From contig CAVVHK010000021.1 in NCBI GenBank assembly GCA_963747865.1, positions 1 to 24,000 on the forward strand: a stretch of DNA of 24,000 nt, read 5' to 3'. Below are positions 15,274 through 24,000 of the stretch, one piece after another. Positions within the stretch are counted from its first letter, which is position 1; each line of letters opens with the position of its first letter. The notes below the pieces were generated by a model that saw only the letters and a program-made list of their open reading frames with translations, made no database searches and had not been told where the DNA came from. This DNA comes from an uncultured delta proteobacterium (GTDB taxonomy: Bacteria > Desulfobacterota > Desulfomonilia > Desulfomonilales > Desulfomonilaceae). The translations under genes were made by a program, and so were the position numbers.

Positions 15274-16128
15274 TCAGAAGGTCTTGAGAAACCTGGCGAG
15301 CGTCTCTTTGTCCTGGGATCCAAGATAGGTTTGTCTGACTTCAGAGTTGTAAAAGACGAAAATCGCGGGGATGCTCCTAACATTAAAGGTGGCGAATAAT
15401 TCCTTTTCCGATTGAGGAACTATACCTACAACCGCTTTTCCAGCTGTATCCGCCGCAAGTTCATCTAAGACGGACTCCATCCGTCTGCACCAGCCTCACC
15501 AATCCGCATGAAACATGACTAGGACAGGCCTTGATCTCGAGGCGCCTTTCACTTCCCTTTCAAAGTTTGCCTTCGTGAAAGTGCGAACCTCTCCGACGGC
15601 CGCTGTGGAAACGCTGGTCAAGTGTTTAGTCGGTTTGTGAAAAGACCATTTGATTATCACTACCCCAACCGTCAAAAGAGCAAAAACGCCGATTATGATA
15701 GCGGGCCACCACTTGGACCCATCTGAATCGTCGTGGTCCTCGTATCTGAAAGAACGCTCATGGGAATAACGTGGCGGACCCATTGAGGCGATTTTGGCCA
15801 CAACAACTCCGCAATGGGGACATTCATCGTAAACCCTGTCTTGAGTCGTGCGGCAAGCTGGACATGTCCAAGTAACCGGGATTTCGTGCTTCGTCAGCTT
15901 GGGCTCCGGTCTTGAAGCGGCTAACCCTGAAACGGGAGCGGGCTGCGCCAACAAACCCATTTCGGTGAGCTTGCGCAGGACCGACCTGTACGCCTTGTCC
16001 GAAAGCTCGAATCTCCGTTGTATTTCCGATTCGTCCACACCGTCTTGAATGGCTTCGAGTATCAGCTTCGCATTTATCTTTCTTTTGGGAGGATCGGACA
16101 TGGAAAGCTTCCCCATTGGTCTACTCAA
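15274..16128 (-). CDS. Membrane-anchored thioredoxin-like selenoprotein (N-terminal zinc ribbon, one TM helix, Trx domain with WUGWC site)
   Basis: Track ORFs 15496..16128 and 15274..15480 are in the same frame, separated only by TGA (15498-15496) plus 5 codons. The joined sequence reads RPVLVMFHADW-U-GWCRRMESVLDELAADTAGKAVVGIV...VRSIPAIFVF. It aligns residue for residue with the thioredoxin WCGPC...cis-Pro pattern, with Sec replacing the first Cys. Upstream are CPACRTTQDRVYDECPHCG and the TM segment WWPAIIIGVFALLTVGVVII. The start is uncertain: TTG 16128, ATG 16116 or ATG 16101. Confidence 0.85.
15468..15486 (-). promoter_or_regulatory. Candidate bacterial SECIS hairpin for the Trx-like UGA
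   Basis: The minus strand reads AGACGGA-UGGAG-UCCGUCU, a perfect 7-bp stem with a G-containing loop, starting 9 nt after the UGA. Confidence 0.65.
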
Positions 16129-16287
16129 GACGTTCGGTCGAAAATCCCGCTTAATTTCATTACCTTAATACTAACACAGTCGACCGCTTGCGGCAATGGC
16201 GTTGGGGCGCAACGTTCAGAAAGGACATTTATTATGTCCTCCGGGAGGAATGCCTCGGCTCTCCGCAAAATTACCGAAAACGTATGC

Positions 16288-16316
16288 TTGACAGAGATTT
16301 CTTAGAACGGTAACGT
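16288..16316 (+). promoter_or_regulatory. Candidate sigma-70 promoter for the DUF1232 gene
   Basis: TTGACA (16288-16293), a 17-nt spacer and TAACGT (16311-16316), about 80 nt upstream of ATG 16395. Confidence 0.35.
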
Positions 16317-16394
16317 TAATTACCCGAAAAGTAATTATTTTTCAAGGACGCTGAAACCCCCACGCTTCCTTGCGAGGGTATAGGTGGAGATGAA

Positions 16395-16790
16395 ATGATC
16401 GAATCGGAATTCGCTAAACAATATTCGGAAGAGGACTTTTGCGAAAAAATAGCAAGGTACGCTCAAGCAGTTGGAAAGGAAGGTATGCGGGACGCCTTGA
16501 TCCTTTACGCGCTGGTCCTTTACTACACGCTCAGAGATCCCGCGAGTCAAACCTCTCGCTGGACTAAAGCCGCTATCGTCGCCGCCCTTGGTTATTTCAT
16601 TTGCCCCCTGGATGTAATTCCGGACATGATTCCAGTCACCGGATTCGCTGATGATTTGGCGATCCTGGCTTCAGTTATGGGTCTCATCGGGGCAAACATC
16701 CCTTCGGAGGCTAAGCGGCGGGCAAATGACAAGATGAAAGAATGGTTTGCGGATGACGCTAAAATAGGGAGCTTTGTTGTCGGAACATGA
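16395..16790 (+). CDS. YkvA/DUF1232-family membrane protein
   Basis: 131 aa with the characteristic ICPLDVIPDMIPVTGFADDLAILASV motif. Confidence 0.8.
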   Translation: MIESEFAKQYSEEDFCEKIARYAQAVGKEGMRDALILYALVLYYTLRDPASQTSRWTKAAIVAALGYFICPLDVIPDMIPVTGFADDLAILASVMGLIGANIPSEAKRRANDKMKEWFADDAKIGSFVVGT

Positions 16791-17157
16791 AAAGCTGGTG
16801 CGTGAATGCGCACGCTACGTTCTAAATAATCGCCGGGAAATCCTTTTTAGTGATGACCCTCGATTTCTTGTTTTCGACAGAATGACTTGACGTCAGACTG
16901 TTGTAACCCGCCGTTGCTAGTATATGAATCGGCCGAGTCTTGGTTGCGGCCGCAGCCCGCGTTTCGCAAAAAGGAGTTTCCTGGAGCTTTCGCCAATAAC
17001 TCCTTATGTATTGGTTGGCTAAATCGTTGTGACCGCGCTTCGAGCAGATCTCTCAGCGTCCGGCTCTGACGCTGGGCTCATAGGCCCTTGGATGACGTAT
17101 TGGCATATGCCCTCGAACCCAAAGACTTTTCCTTATCCGAGAAAACAAGGAAAATGA

Positions 17158-19722
17158 ATGAAAAAGCGTGCCACAAAAGACGGGCCGGCAAAAGGGTTGA
17201 GTCGCCGGGGGCGGTTGGAAACCTTGGAGACCAATCTGGTCATGGCCTCGGCAAGCCGAGAGCTCTCAATTGATATCATTGGCCTTCTGAACAAGCGCAC
17301 CGTAGACATAAGCGTTGTCAGAGAAATTCTAAATCTCATAAGAAAGTTTACGAAATTTGAAGCGGTCGGAATTCGTTTACGCAGCGGTGACGATTTCCCC
17401 TACTGCTTCACCACGGGCTTTTCCGACGACTTCCTAACAACGGAAGGCTCCATTTGCGCAAAAGATAATAGTGGGGAAATAATCCGCGACGCTGAGGGCC
17501 GACCGACACTTGAATGCTTGTGCGGGCTGGTTATCTCCGGTAAGACCGATCCGTCCCGCCCGTATTTCACCCCTGAAGGAAGCTTTTGGACGAACGCCCG
17601 GTCGAAACTCCTGGCGTCCGACCAAGGAAAGAGTATCATTCGCGTTGCCAGAAAACGGTTTGTGTCCCACCGATACGAATCTGTGGCGATCATTCCCCTT
17701 CGCTTAGGGCGCGAAACAATCGGCTTGCTGCAACTCAATGATTCCCGTGAAAATTGCTTTTCGTACGAAATGGTCCACTTCTTCGAGGGCGTAGGCAGTA
17801 TCATTGGTATCGCTCTAGCGAGAATACAAGCGGACGAAGGCCTAAGCCAAGCCGAAAACAAGTTGGAAGAGCGTGTCGAAGAACGAACCGCCGAACTCCT
17901 TGCCGCCACACGATCCCTTGAACAGGAAATTCGAGAACGCAACGCACTCGAACAAGAATTGCTGAGGAGCCAACATCGGTTGGAATTGGCTATGGCGGCC
18001 TCGAATCTGGGCTCATGGGATTGGAAACTCGACACTGATGAAGTCTGTTTCGACAAGCGGTGGGGCGAGATCTTCGGCAACCAACACGATGAACTGGAAT
18101 CGGACGCGAAGACCTGGCAAAACAGGATCCATCGTGACGATAAGCTAGGGGTGCTGAAGAAGTTGAAACGCCACCTCGAAGATCCGGATCAATACTTTGA
18201 AGCCGAATACCGACTCGAAACCAAATCAGGGGAATGGAAATGGATTTTGGACCGAGGCAGAGTGGTGGAAACCGACGAGACCGGTAAACCTACGCGCATG
18301 GCCGGCATTTACCTCGATATTACAGACCGCAAAGTTATGGAAGAAGAGTTGCATGATTCTGCGGAACGGTTTCGGGCCATCTTTGAGAGCGCCAAAGATT
18401 GTATCTTTGTAAAAAATAGGTCTCTACAATACACCCATGTGAACCCGGCGTTCGTGAAAATGATCGGGGTCCCGGAGTCGGACATCATAGGTTGGACGGA
18501 CGAAGATTTGTACGACTCCGATTGCGCTCAGATTTTTCGCGAGGTTGAGCGGCGGGTGTTGGAAGGGGAGTCGGTTGAGCAAGAATATACAAGGGTCATA
18601 AGAAAAATTCCCCGCAGTTTTCTCGACACGAGAGTGCCGATGAGGAACAAGCGTGGCCATATAATAGGCATTGTGGCCATAAGCGTGGAAATGACGGATA
18701 GAAAGCCCTCCCGATCCATTGGGGCATCCGTAGAGCCCGAGTATCGGGCCGAGTCCATGCGCTCGACTCTCCGAGCAGCTCGCTTGGCTGCCGAGACCGA
18801 CACCATAGTGCTGCTCATGGGCGAAAGCGGGGCGGGCAAGGATCACGTCGCCCGATATGTGCACGATCATTCTAAACGCTCAAACGGGCCGTTCTTTTCT
18901 ATCAATTGCGCCGCTGTATCCCCTGAATTGGCTGAATCGGAACTCTTCGGCTATGAGCCGGGCGCATTCACCGGCTCCAGAGGGCTTAAGCGGGGACTGT
19001 TGGAGCTTGCCGAAGGGGGCACGATTCTGCTCAATGAAATAGGCGAGTTATCGCCTCCGCTTCAGGCAAAGCTGCTGACTTTCTTGGACACTCGTCAGTT
19101 TACCAGAGTAGGCGGTGTGAAACTTTTCACGGTAAACGCCCGGTTGATTGCGGCAACTAACAGAGATTTGGAAAAGGAAGTCAAACAAAACCGTTTTCGT
19201 CAAGATCTGTTTTACAGATTAGATGTTTTCACCATAGAGGTGCCGCCCCTTAGGCGCAGGACCGAAGACATCCCTCATCTGGTTAAAATCCTGGTGCGGG
19301 AACTTAGCCCCAAGATGGGATTCGAGTCCGTGCCGCAGGTGGGCCTCGACGTCTTAAAGGTCCTTGCGGACTACCCCTGGCCTGGAAATGTGAGAGAACT
19401 TCGCAACGTGCTGGAGCGCGCATTGATTCTCTGCGACAGAAAGCAGATCAGCATTGAAGACCTTGCAATACACGACAAATCCAAATCTAAAAAGCAGGGG
19501 CAAACGTGGTCCGTCAACATACGCTTCCCTGAGAATGAGACCATAAACGAGGTAACCATGAATTTGAAACGGGCACTGGTAGTCGAAGCCCTTCGCCGAA
19601 CCGGGGGAAGCCGGAAGCGCGCGGCGGATCTCCTTGGAATCAGCCCTGATTCATTGAAGCACTACATGCAGATATTTGACCTGTTCACTGTCTTGCCCTT
19701 CCCATCCAGCCAAACAGGGTAA
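17158..19722 (+). CDS. Sigma-54-dependent transcriptional activator with GAF, coiled-coil and two PAS sensor domains
   Basis: 854 aa. The AAA+ sigma-54 interaction domain shows GESGAGKDHVARYVH (Walker A), ESELFGYEPGAFTGS (GAFTGA loop) and RFRQDLFYRL. The C-terminal Fis-type HTH is RKRAADLLGISPDSLKHYMQ. The N-terminal part has a GAF-like region and two PAS-like modules, each ending in ...DITDRK or ...EMTDRK. Confidence 0.92.
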   Translation: MKKRATKDGPAKGLSRRGRLETLETNLVMASASRELSIDIIGLLNKRTVDISVVREILNLIRKFTKFEAVGIRLRSGDDFPYCFTTGFSDDFLTTEGSICAKDNSGEIIRDAEGRPTLECLCGLVISGKTDPSRPYFTPEGSFWTNARSKLLASDQGKSIIRVARKRFVSHRYESVAIIPLRLGRETIGLLQLNDSRENCFSYEMVHFFEGVGSIIGIALARIQADEGLSQAENKLEERVEERTAELLAATRSLEQEIRERNALEQELLRSQHRLELAMAASNLGSWDWKLDTDEVCFDKRWGEIFGNQHDELESDAKTWQNRIHRDDKLGVLKKLKRHLEDPDQYFEAEYRLETKSGEWKWILDRGRVVETDETGKPTRMAGIYLDITDRKVMEEELHDSAERFRAIFESAKDCIFVKNRSLQYTHVNPAFVKMIGVPESDIIGWTDEDLYDSDCAQIFREVERRVLEGESVEQEYTRVIRKIPRSFLDTRVPMRNKRGHIIGIVAISVEMTDRKPSRSIGASVEPEYRAESMRSTLRAARLAAETDTIVLLMGESGAGKDHVARYVHDHSKRSNGPFFSINCAAVSPELAESELFGYEPGAFTGSRGLKRGLLELAEGGTILLNEIGELSPPLQAKLLTFLDTRQFTRVGGVKLFTVNARLIAATNRDLEKEVKQNRFRQDLFYRLDVFTIEVPPLRRRTEDIPHLVKILVRELSPKMGFESVPQVGLDVLKVLADYPWPGNVRELRNVLERALILCDRKQISIEDLAIHDKSKSKKQGQTWSVNIRFPENETINEVTMNLKRALVVEALRRTGGSRKRAADLLGISPDSLKHYMQIFDLFTVLPFPSSQTG

Positions 19723-19733
19723 TTTTCCGGTCG

Positions 19734-19769
19734 GTGGGGAAAAATTCCCCACTGCTGGAAAAATTTTCC
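19734..19769. promoter_or_regulatory. Two related palindromes: candidate activator binding sites and/or terminator of the activator gene
   Basis: GTGGGGAA-aaa-TTCCCCAC (19734-19752) and GGAAAA-a-TTTTCC (19757-19769). They lie 150-185 bp upstream of the -24/-12 promoter. A further ATTTTCC half-site is at 19722-19728. Confidence 0.45.
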
Positions 19770-19917
19770 CTTAATTTCATCTCCAATTAGCTGAAATCAC
19801 TACAAGCTCTGAAGTAGGTATTTTTTACCTGATTTTACTACCAACCGAACTATCCGACACCTCCGAGTACATACACAGATAACTCCATGATTTCCATTGC
19901 TTGTCCACATAGCCAAA

Positions 19918-19934
19918 CTGGCACGGAACCTGCT
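19918..19934 (+). promoter_or_regulatory. Sigma-54 (-24/-12) promoter
   Basis: CTGGCACGGAACCTGCT has GG at 19920-19921 and GC at 19932-19933, the exact consensus spacing of TGGCAC-N5-TTGC. It lies 47 nt upstream of ATG 19981 and directly downstream of a sigma-54 activator gene. Confidence 0.75.
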
Positions 19935-19980
19935 ACATAGTCGCAGCAGACGCAAACGAATAGAATCGGAGGACTGCAAG

Positions 19981-20313
19981 ATGAGGGACGCAACGACGAT
20001 AGACGGCAACATCGACAGGACTTCCATGATTCTGGGAGCAGCTATGATGCTCGCCTGGACATTTTGGATGGGAATCGGCGGCCTAGTGTTACTGCTGGCG
20101 GTAGCTTACTCTCTCGCAACCCAAAGCCCGACACTGGGGATTGTCTGCTCTTTTCTTCTGCTTGCGCCCCTCATGATGACTATCGTCTGGGGAATCGGCG
20201 CCCTATGCCAAACGGTAAAAGCGATATGGGCTCTAAATTGCAACCTTCGGGGACCGAGCTGGTGGGAACGACGTCAGTCGCACCGTGTGATCTATCAGGC
20301 GTATTACTTCTAA
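19981..20313 (+). CDS. Small integral membrane protein (about 110 aa, about 3 TM segments), function unknown
   Basis: ATG 19981 is preceded by GGAGG. Hydrophobic segments include MILGAAMMLAWTFWMGIGGLVLLLAVAY and LGIVCSFLLLAPLMMTIVWGIGAL. The track ORF starts earlier, at 19897, overlapping the promoter. Confidence 0.6.
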   Translation: MRDATTIDGNIDRTSMILGAAMMLAWTFWMGIGGLVLLLAVAYSLATQSPTLGIVCSFLLLAPLMMTIVWGIGALCQTVKAIWALNCNLRGPSWWERRQSHRVIYQAYYF

Positions 20314-20755
20314 TTGTCTGCAAGGAAAAAATGGGTGGCTTCCTACAGCCGGGGGCAATAAGCGAATCGCCTACCCCGGCTTATCCTTGCCATGCTCTTC
20401 TCTACGTAACCGCTTCTACGCCAAGGATTTCTCGCCGTCCCGTCGCTAAAGTAGCTACAATCTTTACGAGCAGATCCGGCGACTTTAGTGAAGCGTCCCG
20501 AATTCCTATCGCGCCGGGTCGCGCAAACCGGGGCTGCCCTACTTAATTCTTGAGTATACCCGCAAATTGCGTGCGCTTTCCTCGCAACTCCTGTAACCCC
20601 TCCTCGGTCCCCGCCCCTATACCAAAATTCCGATTGACCTCAAAGAAGCGGCGCGTTAAGTTCAAGGCTGGGTGCCAACGGGCTTTTTCATCAACGACAC
20701 GACGGTTCCGTCCATAGGACCATAGTGGTCGTATTTGACTTCAGGGAGCTGGTTC

Positions 20756-20965
20756 ATGCTCAAATGTAGGGACTTCTACGCACAAGATACGACGCCGTTC
20801 TTGGCGCTTTCCCGCAAATACGAACCGATTGAGAGTGTGCTTGATCATGTCAACGTTTGGATCGGCTCAGAGAAAGTTAAGGTTTTCAACGTGGAGACCG
20901 TTGCATCCGCCTGCGCGTTCGACAGCGCACCAGGCTACTGCGTTCGAGTGTGGTATGAAGAATGA
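20756..20965 (+). CDS. Small hypothetical protein (69 aa)
   Basis: ATG 20756 is preceded by AGGGAG. Translation runs MLKCRDFYAQDTTPFLALSRKYEPIESVLDHVNVWIGSEKVKVFNVETV...YCVRVWYEE. I recognise no family. Confidence 0.45.
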   Translation: MLKCRDFYAQDTTPFLALSRKYEPIESVLDHVNVWIGSEKVKVFNVETVASACAFDSAPGYCVRVWYEE

Positions 20966-21015
20966 TTCTTCCTGCTTAGCGTGACCGGGGGAAAGTTGCA
21001 TAATTCTTATTTTTT

Positions 21016-21041
21016 CGCTCCCAGATTCCAGCCTGGGAGCG
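21016..21041. terminator. Perfect 9-bp hairpin between the convergent small ORF and the sulfatase gene
   Basis: CGCTCCCAG (21016-21024) pairs with CTGGGAGCG (21033-21041) across an 8-nt loop. On the plus strand a T-run precedes rather than follows it, so terminator function is uncertain. Confidence 0.4.
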
Positions 21042-21093
21042 ACTATGGAAATTACTTCAATTTGCGCGAAATGGTATTCGTCTCAGCCCGGCG

Positions 21094-23628
<2,535 letters not shown>

Positions 23629-23737
23629 GCCCTCTCTCCTTTCCCTATCAACACTTGCCCAAATGCTTCAAGACTCCACATCTTGACGAAGTCCTATGTT
23701 TACCGGCTGATTGAACGCAAAGTTATTTCTGCCGGTC

Positions 23738-24000
23738 TTATCTCGCTCTGAAAAAAACCACTTCAAAGCTTTGTTGGATTGCGGCCTGAAAATAATTGCC
23801 CTTGAGCTGATCCGTGTTCGGATCATAGGTTAGCGTGTACGTAGATCCGGGGTATCCGGCGTCGAGTAATTCGATGAAAATTTTGGTTGTCGATTCTTGC
23901 CGCGTGGCTTCGGCTTTGGAGACATTAATCGGCCTTGGGTTAAAATAGCCTGTATCCATTTTGCCGCTTGCGTCAACATTCCTTATTTCGATAACATACC
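23738..24000 (-). CDS. Hypothetical protein, 5'-truncated by the window edge
   Basis: The frame of ORF 23738..23959 stays open upstream to position 24000 (...YVIEIRNVDASGKMDTGYFNPRPINV...). I recognise no family. Confidence 0.4.
   Translation of the reverse strand, partial: YVIEIRNVDASGKMDTGYFNPRPINVSKAEATRQESTTKIFIELLDAGYPGSTYTLTYDPNTDQLKGNYFQAAIQQSFEVVFFRAR

Noticed and set aside
20064-20546. 160-aa plus-strand ORF
   Set aside because: It overlaps the small membrane protein gene out of frame, has a Pro/Arg/Ser-rich translation and has no SD motif.
20663-20677. Minus-strand TGGCAC-ccagc-CTTG as a second sigma-54 promoter
   Set aside because: The -12 GC dinucleotide is missing at the correct spacing (TG, or GA if shifted by one). 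No gene lies downstream on that strand.

Overview
The window is composite, and all calls come from reading the sequence and ORF track by hand; no searches were run. (1) 1 to ~4790 is a strongly AT-rich block with almost no Shine-Dalgarno motifs. It carries vsr, a LexA-like S24 repressor, a C5 DNA methyltransferase, a convergent type II restriction-endonuclease-like gene, a large serine recombinase and maf. Nearly every reading frame there is broken by small indels, often in homopolymer runs. (2) ~4800-6550 is a minus-strand operon of uncharacterised genes: a CheY-like receiver-fold protein, a 51-aa ORF and a ~200-aa unknown. Two complete type III hammerhead ribozyme motifs sit in the leaders directly upstream of two of these genes. 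I consider this the most interesting signal in the window. (3) 6921-13073 is a minus-strand redox and oxidative-stress cluster typical of anaerobes. It holds a peroxiredoxin, a TlpA-like thiol-disulfide oxidoreductase, rubredoxin, desulfoferrodoxin, rubrerythrin, a PerR-like Fur regulator, QueC, an ArsS-like radical SAM protein and an AhpD-like protein. (4) Two likely selenoproteins have an in-frame UGA followed by a SECIS-like hairpin: the ArsS-like radical SAM protein and a membrane-anchored thioredoxin-like protein with a WUGWC active site, which the ORF track splits in two. (5) 17158-20313 holds a GAF-PAS-PAS sigma-54 activator. It is followed by palindromes, a near-consensus -24/-12 promoter and a small membrane protein gene. 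(6) A large formylglycine-type sulfatase lies at 21094-23628. The GC-richer part resembles a selenoprotein-rich anaerobic deltaproteobacterium-like genome, but that is inference only. Without reads I cannot tell whether the frame breaks reflect real gene decay or assembly indels.
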